A DNA stretch of 61,574 nt, the filler included, from Hausera hauseri (lineage: Eukaryota): the NCBI GenBank assembly GCA_046269625.1. It is 12 parts of 12 records of this genome, joined end to end, with 100 filler letters (N's around TTAATTAATTAA, not from the genome) between each part and the next. Parts side by side here need not be neighbours in the genome. Positions count along the whole stretch, not along the records: positions 35,892 to 40,229 come from JBJURY010629330.1; positions 40,330 to 44,624 come from JBJURY010650997.1; positions 44,725 to 50,612 come from JBJURY010173861.1; 9 more parts are not named here. One strand, 5' to 3'. The notes beneath the pieces were generated by a model. That model did no database searches, was not told where the DNA came from, and worked only from the letters and a program-made list of their open reading frames with translations. Positions within the stretch are counted from its first letter, which is position 1; the number at the start of each line of letters is the position of its first letter. The position numbers and the translations under genes are program-made. This document shows, one piece after another, positions 38,051-50,712 of this stretch.

Positions 38051-38923
38051 TTNNNNNNNNNNTCTTGTGAAACATTACCATACGTAGATTTGCTCATTAT
38101 TCCAGCAACCACCGAAAAATGTTCTCGCTCACCACCCGAGCTCATTGATTGTATTATAACCTTCTTGCTTTTCCTGCAAGTATTCTTTCCTCTCCACCAT
38201 ACACAAAGTCTACATTTAGCTCTACCATGGAAGGTCTTTGTAGGCTCATCTCTGATAGGTTTTAATTACGTTTTGAGAAAATTCTTTCACAGACGAAATA
38301 CTGACGGTTTAAAAGATTCTTAATAGCACAGAAATATTAAACTCTTTTATAGATTCAGTTTGTACACCCACCCGAGCGAATCGTCTTCACCTTCATACGC
38401 CTTCAGACGTCGACTTGAATTTTTTGAAAGAAAGCGGCTGTCATCTTGACGTCATCAGCTCTTCCATACAGTTTATCTTGGACCGTCACCGGGAACGGCC
38501 ACAGAAGCTTTCTCTGTTCCACGTACAATGGTTGTTCAGCTGTCATTTTCTCAGTACTGATTGGGGAGCGAATCTAAAAATGATCAGTGAACAATTTGGT
38601 TATTTAAGTGATCACATTTGCAGCATTCAACTGTGTTTGCTGAACATATGTTTGTTTACCGAATTTGTTCATTGATAAAAATCATCCATTTTTTTTTTCA
38701 AATACCTCTGGATTTGCAGATAAGCAAATTGTTGGTGCATCGTATCCAAACCGTTGTCCATTTTGGAATTTCTGCCTTTAGCTGATGAAATGCCTTAAAT
38801 TATTATCTGTTAGTTCAAGCCAACATAACAACTCACCAGGCGTTTTCTGACGCTTTCCAAAATTACATTCTGTTTAAAAAAACAAAACGTTCCAGGCGTT
38901 TCCAGAACTTTCTCATTTTCTTT

Positions 38924-39210
38924 GACAGCAGTATGGACATGTTTTATTATACATGACATAAGTATGGACATGTTTTATTATACATGACATAAGTATGGAC
39001 ATGTTTTATTATACATGACATAAGTATGGACACGTTTTATTATACATGACAGCAGTATGGACATGTTTTATTATACATGGCAGCAGTATGGACATGTTAT
39101 ACTATGCATGACAGCAGTATGGACATGTTTTATTATACATGACAGCAGTATGGACATGTTATACTATACATGACAGCAGTATGGGCATGTTTTATTATAC
39201 ATGACAGCAG
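38924..39210. repeat. 31-bp minisatellite, 9 copies plus 8 nt
   Basis: Unit GACA(GC/TA)AGTATGGACATGTTTTATTATACAT head-to-tail, no spacers. Confidence 0.95.
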
Positions 39211-40329
39211 GTAGTCTCGTTTTTCATGACAAAAAAGTGCCAACACTTTTTCATACATTCGCCAAGCACAAGTCCCTTTTGCTGCAGGCAAATCTGAGCA
39301 TCACCTTGGCATAGTAGGGCCTACTGGTTCCATAAACGAATGCATGGCTTACATGAGGACGGTACGAAATATTGTAAAATGTTGCGTGGCAACCGCTATT
39401 TACCCCCATCAAGTCATGTGGGGGAATGTACAATGCTCTAACATCGGGCTTTGTGAGAATATGCGCTGCTTATTTTTTTATTTGTTATTCATTTGTAGCC
39501 CCATGTAGCGCCCCAGTCTTATCTGCTGATAATGTGCATGCTTACCTTACATGTTTTCAAGAAGAGCTGACGCTCTAAAGACCTTATTTGATGCGTGCTG
39601 GCAATCGATATAATAATTATACACAGAGTATATTTATAATTTATTTCGAATTATATCAATACACGCACTCTCTGTTGAGAGAGTAAAGGCGGCCTGGCGT
39701 TATGATGACACCACAACCCACTCATGTACCAGTGTCAAAATGTGGATACTAGCTCCATATTGCCCTATATTTTAATGAAACTGCGACCACACCTTGATGA
39801 CAGCGAGGGGTGTTTTGACAATATTGGTTACCGCCAGACAATATTGACCTGGCTTTCATTTCACCTCAAACTTCGACACGTGCCTGGCAATATTGACCGG
39901 AAGTTCATGACAAAGTTAGTTTAAAAGTAGCCGGGAGGTGGAAAACTTAGTTGTCGTCTTTGAAACGCCAGAATATAAACTAGAGGTAAGTAAACAGTCT
40001 CTTAGTGTTTTAGTCTTCTTTATTGTATTTTTATATTAGGCACCTTGAAGGATAACTTCAATTATTGGTACAATATCTCAGTATTATAACGTGTCATGCA
40101 GAATAGAAGAACGTTGCCCTGACTGAGCCTCACTCTCACCACAGCCCTCGGAAAAGACTCGTCTGTCTTCCTCCGTTTTATTTCATTGATAACCCGTGTC
40201 CATCGTCGTTTTGGTCGGCGCTTGCTTCGNNNNNNNNNNNNNNNNNNNNNNNNNNNNNNNNNNNNNNNNNNNNTTAATTAATTAANNNNNNNNNNNNNNN
40301 NNNNNNNNNNNNNNNNNNNNNNNNNNNNN

Positions 40330-40400
<71 letters not shown>
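40330..40400. repeat. (GA)n microsatellite at a contig start
   Basis: Perfect GA run. Confidence 0.98.
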
Positions 40401-40406
<6 letters not shown>

Positions 40407-40540
40407 CGCGGTTGGGGGGAGGACCTCGGAAACTGTGAATTGGATTTGGAGGTGTCCAATTGTATGAAGTTTGAGCATTACGCCTGGCATGGCAAGTAAT
40501 AATTAAGACATAACTGGCATACTTGGCCACCATACACTTT

Positions 40541-40565
40541 AAGGGGGAGGGGGTGTGGTAATGTG
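40541..40565 (+). promoter_or_regulatory. Putative PPT and LTR start
   Basis: AAGGGGGAGGGGG immediately followed by TGTGGTAATG. Confidence 0.45.
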
Positions 40566-40806
40566 AAGTTTAGAGGATTGAAATGTTAAGTTATGCGTAC
40601 GCATAGAGAAAATTAATATTCCTAGATATGTTTTATAATCGAACCCACAGGCAAGAAGTGGGTCGGTAAAACAATCTGGAGAAGATTTAACTAGGACATT
40701 AACGCAGCGGGTACATCATGAAACAGAATAAGAATGGATGCATTGAATCGTCAGAGTTCGAGATGTTCAGTGGTGTGTCTATGTTCCACTAATGGAGCGA
40801 ACAGGA

Positions 40807-40854
40807 AGTAGTAGTTGTAGTAGTAGTAGTGGTAGTAGTAGTAGTAGTAGTAGT
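40807..40854. repeat. (GTA)n microsatellite
   Basis: Imperfect GTA run. Confidence 0.9.
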
Positions 40855-41745
40855 GAAACATTTCTCTAACGAAAGAACCGGAACCATAAAAGCATAACTA
40901 GCATAACTAGCCTAAACATCGTCCAAGCGCCATAGTTTGTAATTTTTGATTTAATTAAAATGTGTTTTGTCTTTTTAGCTAAATTAGAATTGCAGACAGG
41001 ATTATTTGCAATCAAGGTTTAAAAAAATCAAGCATGGTGATGGCTTTTAGAAAGTTAAATTTAAACTGAAAATTAAACACAGGGTACAAGGGTTGAATGC
41101 TAAGTTTGGCGTTACTTTTCACTTGGAAAAGATTATTGCAATATTTGTACTATGAAATGTCTACCAGCCAGATATTGATGAAAACGTGTGATACCCAACA
41201 TAACGTCCAATGCTTCTCGCTGCACATTTGAGTAATTCTTTTCGGCTGATATAAGTATTCTCGATGAAAAGTGAATTATATACATATTATATATATTCTT
41301 TGAATCATGACTTAGTAATATTTACTAGTCCATTTAAATAATATATTTAAACAAAAGAAATTGTAAAAAGTGTAGAAAATTTTCAAAAGATTTTTCTTTA
41401 AATATTCGATAATCTTAAATAGAAATTCAATTTTGTAATATAAAGAATCAAAAGAAAATATCCTGAATTAAAATTGATAAATTTCGAATCTGTTTTTCTA
41501 CTTGACAACCCATTAAATTTATTACACTATATAGATTCTATGAGTTTGCACCCATAATAGATTGAAATCAATTCTGTTTGGAAAATTTTCATTCGGCAGC
41601 TTTGAAGAATTTTGAACAGCAAGAGAAGTCAAATGAATTTGGAAAATGTGTATAGTTTTTCCGTTCAAAGACAAGTATGAAAGTGTTTTAAATGAATTTA
41701 TTATTTTTAAAGAATTCATCCGAAGTGCCACCCGGTAGAAGTCCA

Positions 41746-43180
41746 TGTGTGAAAATAAAATTTATCAAAGATGAATCGGCAAAAAACTGCAGCCCAAACA
41801 GTGATTGAAATAATTTATTTAAGATTTATTGAATATTATAATCAGTCTCAGAGTCAAATGAACAAACATCTGACGCGAAACAGGACACAATTCACGACGA
41901 TAGTTCCCGTAAGTTAGCAATTTTGGTTAATTTAACATTCTCGGAACATTTTGTATCTAGCATCCAGTCCATTGTCGATCTGTCCGATTTACAATCGAGA
42001 CGAAAGTTGTTTTCTGAAAAACATCATGAATGTTTTGTTGCAACGCATCGATTCCAAAGACAAAAAGTCCTTTTTCAGTGTTCCAGTCACCGAGGAACAA
42101 GCACCAAACTATTCGATGATCATCGACAATCCGATGGATTTACAGACCATCGGTCGAAAAATTAGTTCCAGCCAATATCCGAGTATTTCGTCGATGTTGA
42201 ACGATATTATTCTCATGTGCAAAAATGCACTCATTTACAACACGTCGGATACGATTTATTTTAAAGTTGCCGCTCAGGTGAGTTGGTTTTGTCAATTGAT
42301 AAAATTTCGTTTTTTTTTTCTATTCTCAGTTGTTGAATTTTTCAAAGAAGATGTTTTCATTCGAAAATCTTTCAAAAACCGTAATTAGTATGTCACTAAC
42401 TAGAACGTTTACCGACGATGAGCTGGGCGATATAAACTCATCTTTAGCAAGTATCAAGTATCTCCAGAAAGAAATATCCCGAGTTAAAATGTGTCGATCA
42501 TTACCAGTAAGACGGTGTTTGAGGAATTGATCGAATTTCGTTCCATTGCAGAGATCGATTCAACAGAATTACTCCAATCTCAGGAAACGACATACACCAG
42601 CATCGAAATTACCCCCAGGAAAACATGCCTGTCTGCGTCCAGTGGAGACGATAGTTCTTAGTAAATATGTTGCGTTAGCCGTACGACTTGAAATAACTGT
42701 CGTGCGTTATTCAGGTGCAACAGAGCGGTCTGATTCAGAACTGGAAGAGAACGGCTCGATTGTCCTGCAGTCTGATGTGCAGGACGAGGAAGATATTGAT
42801 GAAGATGAATCAACAGACATGGATGATGTCGTTCGGTCATGCAGAGAAGCGGCCAAGAAAGCCCGCCAGGCATTGGTACGTGCCGGATGTCCGACGATAT
42901 ACCGATTGGAACAGAACAGTGACAGCGTGGTGGCCGTTGATGTAACGTCTGGTAGGCAGTTTGCGATAGATCCCGTTGTACGGTCCATGGTAATGCGTCT
43001 GTCATCGGCAAATATCGACAAAATGATTGGTGATAGTATGGGTTTTATTTGTTTGCCAGATGATATCCACATAATTCTATGAATAGATCAGCGGACTACG
43101 ACCATGGTCAGTCAGTTGTGTTATACACCCAGTGAATATGTTTCACTGACAACAAGTAAACCATTAGAGGCATTTAGGTA
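41746..43180 (+). CDS. BRD7/9: Bromodomain protein BRD7/BRD9-like, multi-exon with very short introns; outer boundaries approximate
   Basis: KDKKSFFSVPVTEEQAPNYSMIIDNPMDL...LMCKNALIYNTSDTIYFKVAAQ|LLNFSKKMFS; GT-AG introns at 41909-41960 and 42278-42329 (52 nt each), the second restoring the frame of the last helix. Confidence 0.85.
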
Positions 43181-43559
43181 AGCTTTAAATTATCATTTAA
43201 TTTTCATTAATAATATGAAATAACAAAATCGCTTTACCTGCGCAACTAAAATTACGCAATTTTCAATTAAGTAGCATTTTGGCACTTGTTCAATTGTCCC
43301 ACACAATGCTTAGGAATTTTGATTTGTTTTTTACCAAAATTTTGTTCGTTTCCTCGAACTAATGTTCTTTTTGATATTCGATTTTTAGTGTTTGAAAGAA
43401 CATTATGTCGAGAAAAGGAGCAGAAATTTTGATCAAAGTTCAAAATTCCTAAGCATAGTAATGGAGGGGGGTGGAATTTGAATAAGTGCCGAAATGCTGT
43501 CGCATTTAAAATTGTGTTAGTAAGAGAACTAGAAGATTCCATTACAAATTATTACATTT

Positions 43560-44624
43560 TCTAACTTCCTTTTCTCTTTTTTATATTTTGACGTCACTCT
43601 TTTCGACCACTCGATTCGCCTGGGTTTCAGTCTATTCGAAAATTGTAGTATCGCTGATGTGGAGTAAGGAATTTAACTATTCGGTATGGTCCTTCGTATC
43701 TATCCCCATTTTTGTGTGGGTCTTTTTTTACTAATACCTCTTCCAAAACTTGCAACATTCGGTGTCCGCGTTTTTGATCTACCAATAGTTGTAATCTTTT
43801 GGCGGCCTTTTACTATTTTGCTCCACTGTCGGGTTGTTTTGGACTCCCGCATTTTGATGCAACCCATGCAAAGACAGTTTCTTCCCGAACACTACTTCAA
43901 AGGGGCTCATTCCGATTGTTGCTTAGCAAGTTGCATTTATAGCGAACTCTATTCTCGTGATTATGGTGTCCCAGCTTGATTTCTCCTCGTCTGTTTTCAA
44001 AGTCGTAGCACTCATGTCTCTTATTGCCCGTATCGTTCTTTCTGCCATACCGTTTGCTTCATGTTGATAAGGCGCCGTAAATTCCTGTTTAATTCCCAGC
44101 TGCTCGCACATTTGTCGCATTTTTGTACTTTCGAAAACTTTCCCGGGATCTGTCAAAATTGGTTTTGGTCTTCCATAACGATAGACCCAACAATCTAGTA
44201 CTGAGCTCACCACATTTCTTCGTCTTGTGAGTTCATCACCGCTAACGATACCAACTTGCTAAAACTATACACCATTACTAATATGTACCTGGAACCCTTT
44301 TCGGTGGTGAAAAATGTGCGATATCCATGACTATCTGATGAAAAAGCTTGATTTCTTCTCGAGGCAGAAATGTTTTTTTAGTTGCTGTTGTGTCTGCCTT
44401 TCTTTTTCTGCAAATTCCGCACTCTTGAACCACTCGTTATATAGTCTCTCCCATTCTTGGACAAAAATTAGCACCCTTCATATATTCCCACAAATTTTTG
44501 TAGCCCAAATGGCATAACTCTTCGTGAATCAATACAATCAACTGATAGCGTTCTGGTTCTGGAATAATAATTTGTTTCTTCCATCCATCTTTCATGACTA
44601 ATAGTTCATCCTCTATTTGGAATT
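43560..44624 (-). mobile_element. Ty3/Gypsy integrase fragment
   Basis: WVYRYGRPKPILTDPGKVFES..TAPYQHEANGMAERTIR; GPYR-type tail near 43690. Confidence 0.88.
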
Positions 44625-44724
44625 NNNNNNNNNNNNNNNNNNNNNNNNNNNNNNNNNNNNNNNNNNNNTTAATTAATTAANNNNNNNNNNNNNNNNNNNN
44701 NNNNNNNNNNNNNNNNNNNNNNNN

Positions 44725-47700
44725 CTACTTGAGTCGAGGTATCTTTGACGCACACCTGGTCCGACTCGATACCGGTGCGGTTTGGGTTTGACTGCGTATT
44801 GTCATACGTTCTATTTCCGAAAGTACGGGCGTTGGGGTAATGTGTATTTCAGTTTGGACCGCGGTCGGGTCATACACTACGCGAGTGTCCATATTGAATG
44901 GATCATTTCTCTCGTAGTTTTCTCGAAGCTTGCCTACTTCTGTCATGCTTGGTACGTCTTGTTGGATAGGATCTTCGGTATCGAAATCTTGATAGCTGAA
45001 TGCGGTTTTACGTTCGACAAGTGGACTATATGTTCATCATTGTCACTTAATATTTTTTCATTATGCTCAGTGATTTCTATGAGCGTGTAGGGACCCGTAG
45101 GGATCCGGGACGGTTCAAACCCGTGTCTTTGTAGGCTTTTGCGCCAAAGAAACGACGCTTCTTGTAGATTCTTCGGCACAAGTGGTTTCTTGTGATTGTT
45201 GTGGAATGTAGGGTTCATGTCTATTGACAGGAAATGCTTCCGAGCTTGGTTGAGAGCAGGGATGGAAGTTACTTTCTCGTTGCTTACCAGATCTTGTGGG
45301 AATATTAGGTGGGCACCAAATAATAGTTGTGCTGGAGAGGCATCTGTGCTAGTGTTTGGAGTGTTTCTCCATCCAATAACACAATGGGTAAAGCATCGAG
45401 CTAGTTCTTGTTATAGTGTCATAGGATTCGTAAGGATGATTTGAGTGTACGATAAAATCGTTCGATCAAACCATTCGCCTCTGGGTAATATGGCGATGTA
45501 TGTATGTACTTTGAATTAAGCGATTTGGTTAATTGGTTAAACATGGCTGATTTGAATTGGGTATCTTGATCTGTTATAATGTTTTAGTTACTCCAAACCG
45601 AGAAATCCATATATTTAGCAATACAGCCACAACGCTTTGCGTTGTTATTTGGCGGATTGGATTGGCTTTTGGCCATCTTGTTTTCCGGTCGAGAATGGTT
45701 AGGATGTATTGATATCCGTTATATTCGGGAAGTGGTCCTACTATGTCCATGTGGATGGTCTCAAACCGTGAGCCAGTAAGATAGTGTAGGATTGTGGTTG
45801 TATAGTCATGTTGACTTTATACTGTTGGCAAAGTGAACATTCTTTTGCCAAACGCTTTATGTCGCTTAGCATGCGAGGCCAATAGACTCTACTGCTTAAT
45901 AGGCAGCTGTGGCTTTTGATCCAGGATGATGGATGTTACGAATGGTGTCAAATGCCTGTTTCCACAGGTTTGTTGCCAGAATGGGACGTGGAAAACCATT
46001 GAGGATGGTATTGTAGTGTATTCCATCCTTTGTGTCGACTGTTTTGAAGAACGTTACATCGTCTTCATGTGGAGCGTTCGATCGGCGAACCCCTTCCGTG
46101 AAAATTGGGTCAAAGGATATTCTGGAAAAGAAATCAGCGAATGTGTTATATTTTCCAGTTATGTTCTATCTGGAATGAGAATTCAGATAACATGATATGT
46201 GTCACTTGACGAGACGATGGGTCTTTCATATTCATCATATGAATGAGTGGTTTGTGATCCGTGCGGATTGTGAACGCAGTCCCTTCCAGGAAATGTATGA
46301 AGTGTTTGACACAGAATTATAGCTAGTCATTCTCGGTGGAAAGTTGAGTAGGGTTGTTAAGCCGAATTGAATTTGTGGGAAAAGAATTCAATGGGAGCAT
46401 TTTTGCCATCAATTGATTGTGCAAGCATGGTGCCTGCAGCGATTGTGGATGCATCTGTTGCTAAGATTAAACGGTGCATCTCGTTTAAGATAGTGTAGTG
46501 TAGGTATGTGAAGATGCGTCGTTTTTGCATTGGCAATTGCCTGTTCAGCCTCATCTGTCCAGTTTACTTGGGATTTCTTGAGTCTATGGCTTAGAGCAGA
46601 TAGAGCAGACAGGATTTCCGTGCAGTGCGGAATGTAGCGATGGCAGAAATTGATTGTGCCAAGGAAGCTACGAAGTCCAGTCACTGTGGATGGCTTCGGT
46701 ATTTGTTTGGTGGTTTCTAGTCGCTCAGGACGTGGTCTGTGACCATGTGATGTCAACCGAAGGAATACGGCTTCTGTTTTAAAGAATGAGCATTTGTTTA
46801 TGTTCACCTGTAGGTTGCTATCATTCAACCGATGAAACACATGTTAGAGGTGTGTTTTGTGAGTCGTTTCATCAGATGATGCAATCAATATGTCATCTAC
46901 ATATGGAATGGCATAAGGCATGTCGATGAGGACTTGGTCTATGTGACGTTGGAATATTCAATTTGCATTTCGCAAGCCGATTAACATGCGTATATACTCG
47001 ATCAAACCAAAAGGCGTTATTACGGCCATTTTGAGGATGTCTTTGATAGCGACATGGATCTGGTGGTATACTTTACCAGATCGATTATGCTGAATATTGC
47101 GGCTCCGTGTAGGCCATGCAATATGTAGGTTACCAATGGTGTTGGGTATGAATCGTTGACGGTGGCCGTTATTTAACAGTCTGTAGTCACCACAAGGCCG
47201 GTATGAACCGTCCTTTTTGCAAACCATGTGCAATGGTGATTCCCACGGCGATGTAGAGAGGCGTATGAGGCTTGCATCTTCGAGATGGCTGAATTCGGCT
47301 CCCGCAGCTGCTCGCTTGACATGGTCAAGCTCCCTCCGGGGTTGCCGAATCGGACGATCACATGCAACGAGAAAATGTGATGTTTTCACCTCTTTCTGTG
47401 TTGGTTGTGTTGAGCGTTTCAACAAGTTAGGGTATTGCGCTTGGACAAATGGTGTGATGTTTTGCAATTTTTATGCCTGTGACTGCGTTTATAGTTAGCG
47501 TAAATGCGGGTGGAGGCAAAAGATGGCTCCCGTGGATGAGTTGTTGATTTCGGCAATCAACAATGAGATCGTAGTAATCTAGGAAGTCAGAACTAAGGAT
47601 TTGGTGCATGACGTCGGCCAATATGAATGACCAAGCGTATGGTTGGCCTTGTAGACTAAATTGTAGGTACAGTGCACCTGTGGTTGCTATTCGCGTGCAT

Positions 47701-49290
47701 TGACGGCTTTGAGCGATGCATGTGAGACTAGCGTAGTCTAGCGTATGTGTTGTATCAGCGATAAAGCTGCACCAATGTCGATTAGAAAATCTAGTTGTTT
47801 CGCGATGTCACAGTGTAGTGGCTCTGCCTCGAGAGTGAAAATAGCATCGACAATGCGTTCGCTATTTTATATGGCAGTAGTGATGATTGGGTTTCCAGTC
47901 GACGTTGGTAGTCTGGCCCATTTAGTTTTTTGATAGCTTGTAAAATTTGCAGCCCGGTCGACAGATTTTTAAATCCGGACCGATGTGATTGCGATAAATG
48001 CAAGTGCCTTGCATTTTGGTATTTGCGGATGGCTTGTCGAATTGGCAACCATGATAACATTTGTAGGCCGATTCGCCAAATTGTGTGTGAAAATGACAAA
48101 TTTTTGTAAATGTGCTTTTTTCTCTTAAGCGATTGGTGCCGAGGTGACAGTTTGGCCCTGACTGGAAGAATTTTGTGCCTCACAAGGGCTTGAATGGCGC
48201 ACTCATATTTTGTCGGCCAATGTGCTATCGGGCGGTAATAATACTAGTGCCGCTTGGATTTGGTTTGGTTAACTACTGAGGAAGTAACACCGTAGTATGA
48301 GCTGGTTGTTCTGAAAGTCGAACTCAGTATTGCTCAAGTCTGAGCGTAACTTTTGAAGCAGAGCAGGAGGTTTCATATTCCCTGTTTGTCGCTTGGTGAA
48401 GATCAGGTTGAATTGGTATTGTTGGGATGGCAGATATGCTTTGCATATTGCTGCTTTGATTTTGTCCAACGGCTTTTCATCTGACAGTAACGTGTGCAAA
48501 TCCGTTATTGCTGCGAACATTGTTGGCTGCAGGTATTTAATCAATGTTAAGGTCTTGTTTAGTTGGCCGGTGATGCTGCATTGAGTAGCCTATGTTTCAA
48601 ACGCATGGAACCATTTTAATGGCGTTCCGTCCGAACCTATGAAAAAGGTGGGACACGATAATTTTGGTGGTTTGGCCGGCGATACTGAAGCAGTTTCGGC
48701 TTTCTTGTCGGGAGTATTGGTGTCAATGCCTCCTTTTAGTTTGGGGGTTGCGAGCAGTGTCGCATTGTATCTAGGGAAATAGTTCAGAATTGGACTATCC
48801 CATGGTCGCAAAATGTTTGCGTTATGTGAAAAGATGTGGTCCGGATACGAAGTGGCGAGCTGTTGTAGCATTGCATTAACGGATGTATGTCGAGAAATGA
48901 TACGCTTTTGTGTTGCATAATCCGCGTATGAAAAATTGAATTTCTTGCTGTGTTGTTGTGTCATCGGAACTGTGTGCCGATTTGAGTGTGTTGGTGCGTG
49001 AAACCTTGCTTGGGTTTTTGAGCTTCGTCACTTGTTTTGTATCATTCGTTGTGATTTTTTTATTGATAGTCGTGCTGAAGATCTTGCCAGCGGGTATTAT
49101 GTGATCACGTTTAGTGATGTAAGCATGGGTGGCCAGATTGTTTTCGACGGCACTGGTGAGTGTATTTACTGGATTAATTTCAACGGTGTTTGTATGAGTT
49201 TCAGCCGAATTATTATCAACGTCTGTATTTGTTGAGAAAACCGGATGTATTTCCGCGGTTCTGTCCGAAAGAGATGTGTGTGAGGTATTC
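44725..49290 (-). mobile_element. Degenerate CsRn1-like Ty3/Gypsy with UBL-Gag (gag-PR-RT-RH-IN)
   Basis: UBL ending PKLKGG; Gag KLSCPTFF..WF..FE; knuckle CHFHTQFGESAYKC; FLIDIGAALSLI; SPWESPLHMVCKKDGSYRPCGDYR; YVDD; ATDAS; IN motifs. Confidence 0.94.
48728..48964 (-). CDS. Ubiquitin-like domain (79 aa) at the Gag N-terminus, open reading frame
   Basis: MTQQHSKKFNFSYADYATQKRIISRHTSVNAMLQQLATSYPDHIFSHNANILRPWDSPILNYFPRYNATLLATPKLKGG|IDTN. Confidence 0.78.
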
Positions 49291-49340
49291 GCTACACTAT
49301 TTTAGAGATTATCGCTTTAATAACTATTATAACTTTCCTC

Positions 49341-50080
49341 TATAACAACGCGGCGGCAAACAGTCAAATAAAACGAACGCGAACAAAGAAAAACAAAAGA
49401 ACAAAGCCGGATAAAAGTCGCAACGTTTATTGGCATTAAATTCTTCGTCCGCTGAGGCGTACGAGTCCTCAGATGAGGATCGAATCGGTGCTAGCCTGAA
49501 ACATCGGAAGGGAAGAGCCGGCGTGTCGTCCTAACTGGAACTGATCATCCGCTGGCGTCGGTTTCCATTGGCTTGGTAGATGGGAATTAGCTGGCTCTCT
49601 GGTGGAACCCCTGATTCAAATAGGCGATCCGTTGCGGCCATTAGTATTATAAAGACTGGCAGGAAAATGGAGGAGTCAAATAGCCGCCAACTGTTTCCAT
49701 CGGTGTAAAATTGTTCCAGCGTGGCGTCCGGAAGGAAATAAGGATCGTCATCCTTTAAACTGGTAGGGTGCCGTATGAAACGACTGTGCTGTAGCAGCTC
49801 ACGTGCTGTTCGGTAATCCGAATAGGATCGGCACGGAGCTTGTCGTCTTGACGAAGGTTTATGGGATCGCCTCGAGGCTTTCCCCTTTGCCCGACTCTCA
49901 GGTAGATAAGCGGAGTCCGATAGGTTCTCCTCTGCATCGGGTTGATGCTTGGTTGTCGAGACCCGTGGGATGCGATTTCCCGATGCTATTTTGACCCCAC
50001 TCCTTATGATCGGCTCCCGGGTCTTGCAGTATTAGTGGCCGTCATCTGGTTCTTTCCCTGGGTTTTCAGAGTTTCTGACA
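49341..50080 (-). repeat. LTR-like GC-richer block
   Basis: Minus strand starts TGTCAG, has AATAAA near 49430 followed by a GT/T-rich tract, and ends GTTATA; no second copy in the window. Confidence 0.4.
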
Positions 50081-50712
50081 TCGTTTTCTTTTTAGAAAAG
50101 TTCTATTCAGGTTTTTACTGTGGATTTAAACAAACGAGTTTAAATCTACAGATTATGCTTTGTAATTTTGCTTATTGACTACAAGTGCTGGTCACTTCAG
50201 CACTTGTAATCCCCATTTTTGCATTCATTTTTATATTATTTTTGTGTAAGCGAATTCGTAATTTCCTTAATTAAAATATTGTATATTTTAATTAGGACGA
50301 ATCCATGAAATTGTTGATTACGTTGTTTTATAATTTTGTTGCACCATTGGAATTTATTTTAATTTACACGCTCAATTAATTTTTATGTGATTTATTTATT
50401 TATTTCTTACTGGAGCTGTGCTTGAATTTTATTCATTTTGGATTGTTTGTGATAGTAAGTGAAAACTTACAATAATGTTTCTAGATTTGATTATATTATA
50501 TGGCATGATGTTGTTGAAGATCAACGAATATTGTATTTAAACTTCTTTATATAAATTAGATGTGAAACTATTTTGTCTTGCTAATCATTCTAAATGTAAA
50601 ACGTTATAGCACNNNNNNNNNNNNNNNNNNNNNNNNNNNNNNNNNNNNNNNNNNNNTTAATTAATTAANNNNNNNNNNNNNNNNNNNNNNNNNNNNNNNN
50701 NNNNNNNNNNNN

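Noticed and set aside
38924-39210. 31-bp repeat as a CRISPR array
   Set aside because: Units are head-to-tail with no unique spacers, there are no cas genes, and the context is eukaryotic.
40274-40533. ORFs with SLSLSL runs
   Set aside because: Translation of the (GA)n microsatellite and Ns.
48965-49340. PBS complementary to the 3' ends of the tRNA-like units (self-encoded primer)
   Set aside because: I found no TGGCAAAGCAGG/TGGCAAAACAGG-like site in the 5' region of this same-subfamily copy, so self-priming is unsupported here.
49441-49500. Possible hammerhead ribozyme (CTGAGGA-like core with hairpin)
   Set aside because: No stem II closed by GAAA and no compatible cleavage triplet on either strand.
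50665-50712. C-terminus of the 701-aa ORF
   Set aside because: The final residues are Ns and the stop comes from the linker; the real protein end is not in the window.
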